Origin: an uncultured Prolixibacteraceae bacterium
GTDB taxonomy: Bacteria; Bacteroidota; Bacteroidia; Bacteroidales; FEN-979
Assembly (NCBI GenBank): GCA_964642545.1
Contig: CAZXQU010000003.1
Location: 22,443-86,442, forward strand
DNA: 64,000 nucleotides
Direction of reading: 5' to 3'
Shown: positions 26,321 to 35,311 of the stretch, piece after piece
Numbering within the stretch: position 1 is the first letter of the stretch
Layout of the letters: every line of letters starts with the position of its first letter
The notes under the pieces: model-generated
Told to the model about the DNA's origin: nothing
What the model saw: the letters and a program-made list of their open reading frames with translations, nothing else
Databases searched by the model: none
Position numbers and translations under genes: made by a program

Positions 26321-28036
26321 ATGGCTACATCGTTTACACTGGGATGGATCGATTATACGATCATGGTTGTCTATTTCTTGTTTGTCCTGGGTATTGGTTA
26401 TGCTCTGAAACGATACATGAAATCCAGTGCCGACTTTTTAACTGGTGGTAAATCAATTCCCGCATGGATTACAGGACTGGCATTTATTTCAACCAACCTG
26501 GGAGCTCTCGAAGTGATGGGGATGGCGGCATCCGGGGCAAAATACGGGATGATTACGACACATTTTTACTGGATAGGAGCAATCCCGGCGATGATCTTCC
26601 TCGGATTATTCATGATGCCATTCTACTATGGTTCCAAAGCCCGTTCAGTTCCAGAGTATCTTAAGATGCGTTTCGATGAGAAGACCCGTGGATTCAATGC
26701 GTTGTCATTTGCCATCATGACCATCTTCGCAAGCGGGATTTCCATGTACGCGCTGGCAATGTTAATGGAGACCCTTCTTGGCTGGAACTTCACGTTAAGT
26801 ATTTTCATCTCTGCTCTTATCGTCCTGGTTTACACCTACCTCGGAGGGTTGAAATCGGCTATTTACAACGAAGTTCTCCAGTTTTTTCTCATCGTGATCG
26901 GCTTTCTTCCACTTGTTTTTCTCGGACTGATCAGTATTGGTGGATGGGAGGGACTCACGAAGCAACTAGCTGAGGTTGCAACAAGCCATGGATATGCTGC
27001 CGGAGCCTATACTGAAACCTGGAAGCCTGTTGCTCATGCGGCAGACAACCCGATGGGCGTTGAATGGTTCGGTTTGGTTATGGGGCTTGGTTTTGTTCTT
27101 TCTTTCGGATACTGGTGCACTAACTTCCTGGTTGTTCAGCGTGCAATGGCTGCAGGATCAATGTCGGCAGCCCGCAAAACACCGTTGATCGGGGCGCTCC
27201 CAAAGATGTTTATACCTTTTTTGGTGATTGTTCCCGGGATGATCGCCATGGCACTTACATCGGATCCCAACAGCGGTTTCGCGCTTCCGATAAAAGGTAA
27301 CTCTTACGATTATGACAAAGTCATTCCAATGATGCTGGGATATTACTTTCCAACCGGAGTTTTAGGACTTGGCCTTACTGCCCTGATGGCCTCGTTCATG
27401 TCGGGGATGGCCGGGAATGTAACAGCATTCAATACAGTTTGGACCTATGATATCTACCAGAGTTATATCAGCCCGAACCGGTCGGACAAACACTATCTCT
27501 GGGTAGGACAGATGGCTACTATATTTGGGATTCTGGTAAGTATCGGGGCGGCATATATGGCGCGACTATTCAATAACGTCATGGATTTCCTGCAACTGAT
27601 CTTTGCCTTCATCAATGCCCCGCTCTTCGCCACATTCCTTCTTGGAATGTTCTGGCGACGAACTACGGGAAATGGCGCCTTCTTCGGACTTTTATCAGGC
27701 ACTGCTGCGGCAGCCATCCACCACGGACTCACACAGCCCGCAGGAGCTACTTCACTCATCAAGGGAGGATGGCTTGGAACAGTAGTTCACATCTATCCCA
27801 GCGAAATGGCCCAGAATTTCTGGACCGGCATTTTCGCCTTTTTTACCTGTTTACTGCTTACGATTATCATTTCATTGCTGACAAAACAGACCAAAACAAA
27901 AGAGGACCTCGTGGGATTAGTCTATTCACTTACTCCACGGATAAAGGATGAGAGCAAACACTGGTATCAGCGTCCCCAGTTTCTGGCTATCATTGTTGGT
28001 ATCATCGCTGTTGTTTTATCAATCATCTTCTGGTAA
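26321..28036 (+). CDS. sodium:solute symporter (SSS/SGLT-type)
   Basis: 571 aa with about 14 TM helices. The organisation is typical of the SSS family (YLGGLKSAIYNEVLQ block). Confidence 0.85.
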   Translation: MATSFTLGWIDYTIMVVYFLFVLGIGYALKRYMKSSADFLTGGKSIPAWITGLAFISTNLGALEVMGMAASGAKYGMITTHFYWIGAIPAMIFLGLFMMPFYYGSKARSVPEYLKMRFDEKTRGFNALSFAIMTIFASGISMYALAMLMETLLGWNFTLSIFISALIVLVYTYLGGLKSAIYNEVLQFFLIVIGFLPLVFLGLISIGGWEGLTKQLAEVATSHGYAAGAYTETWKPVAHAADNPMGVEWFGLVMGLGFVLSFGYWCTNFLVVQRAMAAGSMSAARKTPLIGALPKMFIPFLVIVPGMIAMALTSDPNSGFALPIKGNSYDYDKVIPMMLGYYFPTGVLGLGLTALMASFMSGMAGNVTAFNTVWTYDIYQSYISPNRSDKHYLWVGQMATIFGILVSIGAAYMARLFNNVMDFLQLIFAFINAPLFATFLLGMFWRRTTGNGAFFGLLSGTAAAAIHHGLTQPAGATSLIKGGWLGTVVHIYPSEMAQNFWTGIFAFFTCLLLTIIISLLTKQTKTKEDLVGLVYSLTPRIKDESKHWYQRPQFLAIIVGIIAVVLSIIFW

Positions 28037-28048
28037 GGAGGAATTTAT

Positions 28049-28261
28049 ATGGAAATTGACATCAGGTTACCCATAGGCTTCATGTTTGCGTTGCTTGGAT
28101 TGCTTCTGCTCATTTTTGGGCTGACTACAGAAGGTGATCCCGAACTCTACAAACGATCTCTCGAGATCAATGTCAACCTCTGGTCAGGGTCCCTGATGAT
28201 TATTTTTGGGGGACTCATGCTCCTGTTCGGCTTGCGTGCTAAACGATCAAAAACCAAATAA
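28049..28261 (+). CDS. small two-TM membrane protein downstream of the symporter
   Basis: 70 aa with two hydrophobic helices and a basic tail. There is a 12-nt gap after the SSS gene, and its stop abuts the ogt ATG. Confidence 0.45.
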   Translation: MEIDIRLPIGFMFALLGLLLLIFGLTTEGDPELYKRSLEINVNLWSGSLMIIFGGLMLLFGLRAKRSKTK

Positions 28262-28262
28262 A

Positions 28263-28745
28263 ATGAAATCTATTAAAAGGGCTTATTTCAAATGCCCGAT
28301 TGGCTACGTCGAAATCACCGGAACTAATCATGGCATTCAATCAGTGACAATCGCTGATGAGAAAACGAAAAAGTGGTTCGTCCCCCTCTGCCTGCGCGAA
28401 GCCGTTTACCAGCTGAAAGAGTATTTTGACGGAAAGCGCCAGATCTTTACGTTGAAGCTGGACATCATGGGAACTGAGTTTCAGATGAAAGTTTGGGAGG
28501 AGATTGAGAAAATTCCTTATGGGAAGACAATTACCTACCATCAACTCGCTGAGCGTATTGGCGACCCAAAAGCCTTCAGAGCAGTTGGCCAGGCCGACTC
28601 CAAAAATCCTGTATGGATTGTCATCCCTTGTCATCGTGTTATCGGAAATGATGGAAAACTTGTAGGGTATGCCGGAGGCCTCTGGCGGAAAAAGTGGTTA
28701 CTGGAACATGAACAGGCATTTGCACAAAAAGACCTCTTTTTCTAA
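28263..28745 (+). CDS. ogt: methylated-DNA--protein-cysteine methyltransferase
   Basis: Contains the IPCHRVIG active-site motif. The ATG at 28263 lies within the longer tracked ORF. Confidence 0.85.
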   Translation: MKSIKRAYFKCPIGYVEITGTNHGIQSVTIADEKTKKWFVPLCLREAVYQLKEYFDGKRQIFTLKLDIMGTEFQMKVWEEIEKIPYGKTITYHQLAERIGDPKAFRAVGQADSKNPVWIVIPCHRVIGNDGKLVGYAGGLWRKKWLLEHEQAFAQKDLFF

Positions 28746-28800
28746 TTACGATTAATCCGATTCTCATTTACGAATTTTAGCTACAATACACGATTTTCTT

Positions 28801-31611
28801 ATGAAACTTTCATGTAAGACTTTTCTCAGCTTAGCGCTGATCTTAATTATTATTCCCGCATATCCCCAAATTTCAGGATTGACATTTTGTGAACCGGATG
28901 ACATTGCCTTGAAAGCGATTCAGATGGATGGTGGTGATATACTTAAACTCCCCTATGAGATCCCATTCTATACCCTTTTAATGGATGATAACTACTTTGC
29001 CTCCTTCTATTCTCCGCCTGAGTATACAAACGGTAAAATTTTATTTGTTCTCGGCGATTCAATCCAAGGGACCGTCACGTTTGATACGATGTTCAGGCCT
29101 GGATTGAAATACAGTATCCGGTTTACGAATACTAGCCATACCGATCATCAGATTGAGAACCTCGTCCCCCTGGGAGAGGGGAGTGATAAGGTCTATATCT
29201 CAGCCGAAGGGCCTAAAGAGTGGCCCGATTACCTCTGCAGGTCAAAACTCTACCGTCCGGGTTACGGACCTGTTGGTGTGATCCTTCCCGATAATGCCTG
29301 GCACCTTGGCTTTGCAGATATGCGTATCAATGATTCACTTTCGCTGGTGGCGCTTGCCCGCCGCACAAACCGCGATCGTGAACGAACCAAACTTGACCGT
29401 TGGGCTGTAACACTGCAACCGGGTGGCTGGGTGGAATATACAATCTGGGCCGATGTTCATTCTGGCGAGTGGCATGAGGGCATCAAAATGATGTTCCAGG
29501 AGAGGTGGCTGTATGATCTGGATACTTTTGACCTGGCTATGTTTGAACGGGAGGATCTCAAATGGATGAATCACTCGTATATCATGCTTCTGCAGTTTGC
29601 CTGGGACAAGAAATTTTACGACTGGAAATCAAAAAAATACAATTTTTATACTAGTCTATTTGAATTCGATTCATTAACGGGAGGTTACGATATTTTTACT
29701 CTCTGGCCAACATGGCCTCGCCTTGGACTCGACCAGAGGAATCAATGGGATATGTATCGGGACCTTCCGGGAGGCATCGATGAGCTGAGAAGGCAATCCG
29801 ATTTTGCTCATGCAAATGGTAAAAAATATTTCATCTCCTACAATCCCTGGGATGAATCAGGAAGAAAAGAGGAGCATCTCAACGGAATGGGAGAGCTTCT
29901 CAGACTGGTGGATGCAGACGGAGTGGTTCTCGATACCCGTGGCGCCTCCAGCTATGAGTTACAGGCAACTGCTGACAACGTAAAGCCCGGAATCATTATG
30001 TACAGTGAAGGGATGGCAGTTCCCCGCGACATGCCGGGGATCGTATCAGGTCGTGTTCATGATGCACTTGTTCTTCCTCCACCAGTGAATCTGAATAAGC
30101 TGATCAAGCCCGATTTTGCTATTTTCCGTGTTCTTCAATTAGCCGACGACAGGTTGCATCGCGAACTCGCATGCGCTTTCTTCAATGGGTATGGTATAGA
30201 GATCAATACCATGAAACCGGGCCGTCCTGAATGGATAAGAGAAGAGTATGACTATCTGGGAAAGACTACCAAAATCCTTCGGGAAAACAGCGCTGTATTT
30301 CACAATTACAATTACATGCCATTACTTCCCACAAAAACAGACAGTGTTTATGTTAACCGCTGGAGTGATGGCGTTAAAACACTCTATACAATCCTCAGTA
30401 TGAAGCCTGCCGGATTTTCCGGTAAGCTGTTTGAAGTTACCCCGATGCCGGATAACTATCACTATGTTGATCTGTGGAACCACCAGGAAGTGATTCCCAC
30501 AGAGGCTAAGGGAAGGTATATGATCCCAATTGAATTAGAGCCTTTCAACAAATCCTGGGTCCATTCCCGCAAAGAAGGTGTCGTTGGCTGTATTGCTCTC
30601 TTTCCATCGCTCCTGAATGTAAGCGTCAAAGCAGATACCCTCTATTTTTCTGCTTCTGCGGATGCCGGAACCCGGATCGTACTGACTGGACAGGATCCAT
30701 CATACCAGGTAAAAAGTTTTGAATTTTCATCCACAGATCGTGCTATTGCCTGCTGGGACTATTTCCCACAATCAACGAAGAAGATTGTAATTCAGCTATT
30801 TAACAAAGGTGAACTCCTGGATGAAAGGGTTGTTCAATTAGATAACAGCATACCCCGTCTCATCTCCAGTGTTGAACGAACCACACCTGTTAGAAAATGT
30901 CCTGACGGGATGGTGAAAATCCCTGCCGGAAAATTCCGGTTCTATACCAAACGTGCCCCGGAGACCCTTGAACCCTTTATTCCGCTACCTGTTCATACTG
31001 ATACCGTTCTACTTGATATGACCGGGTTCTTCATGGACCGTTATCCGGTTACGAACACCGCGTGGATGACCTTCGTACTGGAGACCAACTACAAACCTAC
31101 CGACACTGCTAATTATTTGAGACATTGGATTGATGGACAAATTCCTGAGGGTGAGGAAGATTTTCCGGTTACCTATGTGAATATGGAGGATGCGAAAGCG
31201 TATGCGTTATGGGTGGTCAAGCGCCTCCCAACAGAGGCCGAATGGCAGTATGCTGCCCAGGGAGGAGATATGCTAAAATATCCTTTGGGAAACGAAATGG
31301 ATAGTTTGTGCTGCAACTACAACCTGAATCATCCCACACCTGTGAACCAATTCCCGTGCGGAGCAAGTCCATTCGGAGTGGAAGACCTGGTTGGAAATAT
31401 CTGGCAGATGACGAACGACATCTATGACGATGGAAGCTATTACTTCAATAGTATCCGGGGAGGTAGTTATTACCACCCGGATGCCAGTATCTGGTATGTA
31501 ACGGGAGGGGTGCTGCCTGCAGACCATCCTGAGATGTTATTGATGATTGGTCCCGGACTGGACCGAAATGGTACGGTTGGCTTCAGGTTGGTAAAAGATA
31601 TGGCCAAGTGA
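28801..31611 (+). CDS. secreted 936-aa fusion: unassigned ~690-aa N-terminal region plus C-terminal FGE/SUMF1-fold domain lacking catalytic cysteines
   Basis: The C-terminus carries FGE-fold blocks (FFMDRYPVTN, RLPTEAEWQYAAQGG, VEDLVGNIWQMT, IRGGSYY). No Cys follows RGGS, where canonical FGE has CxxxxC. Confidence 0.7.
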   Translation: MKLSCKTFLSLALILIIIPAYPQISGLTFCEPDDIALKAIQMDGGDILKLPYEIPFYTLLMDDNYFASFYSPPEYTNGKILFVLGDSIQGTVTFDTMFRPGLKYSIRFTNTSHTDHQIENLVPLGEGSDKVYISAEGPKEWPDYLCRSKLYRPGYGPVGVILPDNAWHLGFADMRINDSLSLVALARRTNRDRERTKLDRWAVTLQPGGWVEYTIWADVHSGEWHEGIKMMFQERWLYDLDTFDLAMFEREDLKWMNHSYIMLLQFAWDKKFYDWKSKKYNFYTSLFEFDSLTGGYDIFTLWPTWPRLGLDQRNQWDMYRDLPGGIDELRRQSDFAHANGKKYFISYNPWDESGRKEEHLNGMGELLRLVDADGVVLDTRGASSYELQATADNVKPGIIMYSEGMAVPRDMPGIVSGRVHDALVLPPPVNLNKLIKPDFAIFRVLQLADDRLHRELACAFFNGYGIEINTMKPGRPEWIREEYDYLGKTTKILRENSAVFHNYNYMPLLPTKTDSVYVNRWSDGVKTLYTILSMKPAGFSGKLFEVTPMPDNYHYVDLWNHQEVIPTEAKGRYMIPIELEPFNKSWVHSRKEGVVGCIALFPSLLNVSVKADTLYFSASADAGTRIVLTGQDPSYQVKSFEFSSTDRAIACWDYFPQSTKKIVIQLFNKGELLDERVVQLDNSIPRLISSVERTTPVRKCPDGMVKIPAGKFRFYTKRAPETLEPFIPLPVHTDTVLLDMTGFFMDRYPVTNTAWMTFVLETNYKPTDTANYLRHWIDGQIPEGEEDFPVTYVNMEDAKAYALWVVKRLPTEAEWQYAAQGGDMLKYPLGNEMDSLCCNYNLNHPTPVNQFPCGASPFGVEDLVGNIWQMTNDIYDDGSYYFNSIRGGSYYHPDASIWYVTGGVLPADHPEMLLMIGPGLDRNGTVGFRLVKDMAK

Positions 31612-31639
31612 TTTTACCGGACAGGTTAGATTGACTCTT

Positions 31640-32308
31640 TTAGTTGGTCAGATACATTATAATGTACTGATTTCCATCAATCAGAATGGCCCAGGGAGAC
31701 CATCCCTGACCAGATTTGTTTGTGATCCCACTCCTCATTTCCGTTAAGCCATTGTAAACCTGTACATTCCATGCCATGGTTGAGTTCAGGGGAATTTTAA
31801 CAAAAAGCAGGTTTAGAGCCCCTCTGACAAGGGTATAACCAAAAGGTACGTAACCCATTGCATCATACTTATTGATCGTACTGCTTAGCCCCTGGTTCGA
31901 ATATACGGCATTCTGGATAGTCCAAGCAGTTGCCGAGTTCTGAAATTTCAGGAACAATACATAATAGATCCCATCGTAATAGCCAATCTCTTTGGGAACA
32001 AAGTTCTCTTTCCCCATGGCGGTGATACCATTTTCCAGGGCAATATCACTGGTGTACGTATTCAAATACCAGGCAGTAATGCCTAATGTCTGATCATTGA
32101 TGTAGAGCACATAAAGGCTTACAACCTGGCCGTTAGGGTCAGGAGCCACTTCAATGCCAACCGGTAAGTACCCCTGATTGACTTTCTTGGTAATCTCATT
32201 GGAAAGAAAGTTCGTATTTCCTGATTTGTACCATTCTAACACCCAGTTCTGTGAAAATAGCAGTGTAGAGGAAAGAACTATCACCAGAGTAAAGAAAAGC
32301 TTTTTCAT
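31640..32308 (-). CDS. secreted protein built of four ~45-58-aa tandem repeats, unknown function
   Basis: Starts at the internal ATG (MKKLFFTLVIVLSSTLLFSQ). Each of the four repeats begins (N/A)W and contains G(Y/F/W)xP followed by a hydrophobic strand. Confidence 0.55.
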   Translation of the reverse strand: MKKLFFTLVIVLSSTLLFSQNWVLEWYKSGNTNFLSNEITKKVNQGYLPVGIEVAPDPNGQVVSLYVLYINDQTLGITAWYLNTYTSDIALENGITAMGKENFVPKEIGYYDGIYYVLFLKFQNSATAWTIQNAVYSNQGLSSTINKYDAMGYVPFGYTLVRGALNLLFVKIPLNSTMAWNVQVYNGLTEMRSGITNKSGQGWSPWAILIDGNQYIIMYLTN

Positions 32309-32348
32309 AGTTGGTTGGATTTGGATTACCAAAGATATAAAATACCGG

Positions 32349-33278
32349 TTATTGTTTAAACAACCAGGCGTCTTTGTAGAGGGTTTTTGCTTCACTGAGC
32401 CGGCGAGTAGCCTCATCACGGTCAGCTGAATCAAATATAGAAACCCTCACTTTCTCACCGTTTTGAAGGATTTTTGATTGCTGGTAGCCTTTGGCAAGCA
32501 ATTGCTGAACAACTTTTTCAGCCTCTTTTAATGGAAGTTGGCTTTTTACAATGATGTAATAGTGTCCACTTTCCGGGGTGCTCTGCACCACTGCTTCTGA
32601 GGCCTCAGGCCGATTAGGATCTGGTGCGGTTTCCAGAGGTTTTAAAGAGATAATATCGGATTTTGGGTCAGGAGGCTTCTGACCACATACATAGGAAATT
32701 CCCTCAGGGTCAGCAACTTCTCCAAACCAAACTGCTGCATAATTCTGACAGATACCAATCCCGATAGCATTCCATTGCTTTCCTTCCCATTTCCCCGTAT
32801 TCATGAGAAAACCATTGAAATAATCAAACGATCTCCAGAAAGCGATCACACTGTCGATCATAACTGCACCGTTTTCCCAATAAACGATCTCATAACCCTT
32901 TCCGGGATATCCTGAGAGTTCTTTTGGCTTATCCCAAACCGAATTCTTTTTATCCTCATCACGCGGGTAACAAAACGGCTTCCAGGGTCCTTTATCTGAC
33001 CAGGAGTGAAAATTGCATGGTTCAACATCCGGATTATGGAAGAAAAGGTCCTTCACATGGGTGTTAGCGACATAACATAAAGACCGCGACAATGTAATAG
33101 GAGGGAGGTCATACTGGCGTCGGTATTCATTGATCATCCTGTAAAGTTTCGATTCTGCTTCAGAGATGCAAAAACTCTCTGGAACCTCACTTACCTGAAT
33201 GATCTTGGTCTGAGCCTCTAATCCAGCGTAGCAGAAAAGGAGAAAGAGGATTAGTATTATTGATTTTTTACCAGCCAT
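32349..33278 (-). CDS. secreted CAP/SCP-like domain protein with C-terminal SPOR-like domain
   Basis: Signal peptide present. The N-terminus is CAP/YkwD-like (MINEYRRQYDLPPITLSRSLCYVANTHVKD). The C-terminal ~75 aa (YYIIVKSQLPLKEAEKVVQQLLAKGYQQSKIL...VRVSIFDS) resembles SPOR. Confidence 0.55.
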   Translation of the reverse strand: MAGKKSIILILFLLFCYAGLEAQTKIIQVSEVPESFCISEAESKLYRMINEYRRQYDLPPITLSRSLCYVANTHVKDLFFHNPDVEPCNFHSWSDKGPWKPFCYPRDEDKKNSVWDKPKELSGYPGKGYEIVYWENGAVMIDSVIAFWRSFDYFNGFLMNTGKWEGKQWNAIGIGICQNYAAVWFGEVADPEGISYVCGQKPPDPKSDIISLKPLETAPDPNRPEASEAVVQSTPESGHYYIIVKSQLPLKEAEKVVQQLLAKGYQQSKILQNGEKVRVSIFDSADRDEATRRLSEAKTLYKDAWLFKQ

Positions 33279-35266
33279 GATTCCGGTGGTCGTTCTTGTT
33301 TTGCACTGTAATACAATGTTTTACCCGGATCAAGGATACGTGCGTAAAAAGCATATCCACCCAGGTTATTTTCAATCTTGAGAAGAAGTTTATTCCACCC
33401 TACACGCAGATGCACAGTGAGTATAACCTGATCGGGTTCCGCAATTCTGACGCCCAGAAAGCGGTATATCTCCTTGTTATTAAAAAAAACCTTTGCCCCA
33501 TCGTCACTTCCAATCATCAGCAAGACATCTTTTTCCTGCAAGGTATAGATATACGTCAGGGCATAGGTTACAACCAGCTCATTGGGATCAACTTTATCCC
33601 TTAGTGAAAAATAACCATTCTCAGGTGTTCTTACGTATTTCCAGCGAATAGGTTGCCCTCCGACACCGCCAAACCTCATATCCGTATCAATATTCAACTC
33701 GGGGGGATAGATTGAATCGATTCCCAGTCGCTGGGTTTCAGTGATCCGTGGATTGGGGAAAGGGCCAAGAATATACCAGTTGGGAATGAATGTTCGCTTC
33801 GGAATAATATCGGCTCCGTCAAATCCAATTAGGTATCCGGTAGATTTTGGATCTTTTCCGGTAACTGTTATCTGCAGGTTAATTTTACTATACCCTGGAA
33901 TAATATCTGTTAACGAAACCTTGCCGCCAGCCTGTAAGTGAGGTGCATACCCATTAAATTTACCAACTAGTTGCTGCTGGCAATAGATCTCAAAATCACC
34001 ATAATCAGGACCTTTGCTGAAATAGAGGTCTATCTGGTATCCCGATTCAAACATCTTTTCGAGGTTTATCTTAATCACCGATCCGCTATCGGTCCCAATC
34101 AGAAGATGTTTCCCTTCGCTCCAGTCGGGACTAAGGTCAGAGACATCGATAACTTCATTGGGAATCCTGTCCAATGACATTGGAAGGTCTTCAGCCTCTA
34201 TCAGGTTGTTGGGGGTAATCTGTGAGAGAACTACCCGGTTCCCCGCTTTGGGAAGAGTTGGTAACGCAAAATGATCCTCCAGCTGATACCAATAAACAGT
34301 ACTGCTGTAATCTGCAATCACCTGGTTTGCATGTCCATGTTCAATAGTAAACAAGATGTGCTTTTTAAAGGGGATGGGATCCGTGATATTCAGACGATAG
34401 GCGGATATCCTTCCCAGACTGTCATCTTTGAGAATCAAACCGTTATAAGGGCCTGCAAATTCTCCCTGGTTGAAATACCAACCACTGGAGAAATAATCCT
34501 CAGTTCCTGTCCCAACAATGGAAGGTCTCTTTTCACTGTCAACATAGATCATCTCATTCCCTTCAAGGTAAGAGAAACTCCCGTCATAAGACTGGACCTG
34601 GAGATTGACACCAACTACATGACCCTGACCGTCGGCCTTCAGAATGGTATAGTTCGAGTCATAATCAGTGCGGATATCCCGGTTCCAATAAGAATGAAAA
34701 TAACCAACACTCCTGTCAAGATACCCCTCCAATTTGAAATAGTTAATCTGGTAATAAAAGGCATTAACCTCCTGGGTCGTCTCGTTAACTATCTGAATTC
34801 TTGCAGATTTCTCGAACGGCATCAGGAAATAACAAACATAGCCGCCACTCGTCATGCCAAGGTATTGTGAGACATACTGCCGGTACTCGAACGCACATCC
34901 GAAAAAATCACCTAAAGGGACATTTACAGAAGGGACCTCTTCATCATCCCAATACATCTTTATCACCAATCTTCTCAGAAAGTTGGGATCCCTTGAGTCG
35001 ACCGTGAACCAGATTCGTGTGATGACACCTGGGCCGGTAACATTCAGGATGGTAGCAGTTACTCCCGGACCAATTGTGATCCTGTCATTGTTTTGGCCTG
35101 CCGAATCGGTACTCGCAACCTGGTACTGTTTGGCTGTTTTGGTATAAGGGAGAGAAGCCGGAGATAACAATCTCTCCAGATCTGCCCTGTTTGTTGAGGG
35201 ATTGCAGCCCGAAAAGATCAATCCCACAAACCCTGATATTAGAACAACTAGTGGAGATAACTTCAT
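33257..35266 (-). CDS. DUF2961/GH172-like glycosidase with extra C-terminal beta-sandwich (PA14-like) domain, lipoprotein signal
   Basis: EGNEMIYVDSEKRPSIVGTGTEDYFSSGWYF matches the DUF2961 core block as I recall it. The C-terminus has LMIGSDDGAKVFFNNKEIY. The signal is SGC. Confidence 0.7.
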   Translation of the reverse strand: MKLSPLVVLISGFVGLIFSGCNPSTNRADLERLLSPASLPYTKTAKQYQVASTDSAGQNNDRITIGPGVTATILNVTGPGVITRIWFTVDSRDPNFLRRLVIKMYWDDEEVPSVNVPLGDFFGCAFEYRQYVSQYLGMTSGGYVCYFLMPFEKSARIQIVNETTQEVNAFYYQINYFKLEGYLDRSVGYFHSYWNRDIRTDYDSNYTILKADGQGHVVGVNLQVQSYDGSFSYLEGNEMIYVDSEKRPSIVGTGTEDYFSSGWYFNQGEFAGPYNGLILKDDSLGRISAYRLNITDPIPFKKHILFTIEHGHANQVIADYSSTVYWYQLEDHFALPTLPKAGNRVVLSQITPNNLIEAEDLPMSLDRIPNEVIDVSDLSPDWSEGKHLLIGTDSGSVIKINLEKMFESGYQIDLYFSKGPDYGDFEIYCQQQLVGKFNGYAPHLQAGGKVSLTDIIPGYSKINLQITVTGKDPKSTGYLIGFDGADIIPKRTFIPNWYILGPFPNPRITETQRLGIDSIYPPELNIDTDMRFGGVGGQPIRWKYVRTPENGYFSLRDKVDPNELVVTYALTYIYTLQEKDVLLMIGSDDGAKVFFNNKEIYRFLGVRIAEPDQVILTVHLRVGWNKLLLKIENNLGGYAFYARILDPGKTLYYSAKQERPPESWLVKNQ

Positions 35267-35282
35267 GATTTCCTGATTCAGT

Positions 35283-35296
35283 TTTGCAATTGCAAA
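35283..35296. promoter_or_regulatory. perfect 14-nt palindrome TTTGCAATTGCAAA between two glycosidase genes
   Basis: Self-complementary, and located 17 nt upstream of the DUF2961 gene start (35266, minus strand). Confidence 0.4.
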
Positions 35297-35311
35297 GGTC
35301 TAAAAAGTTCC

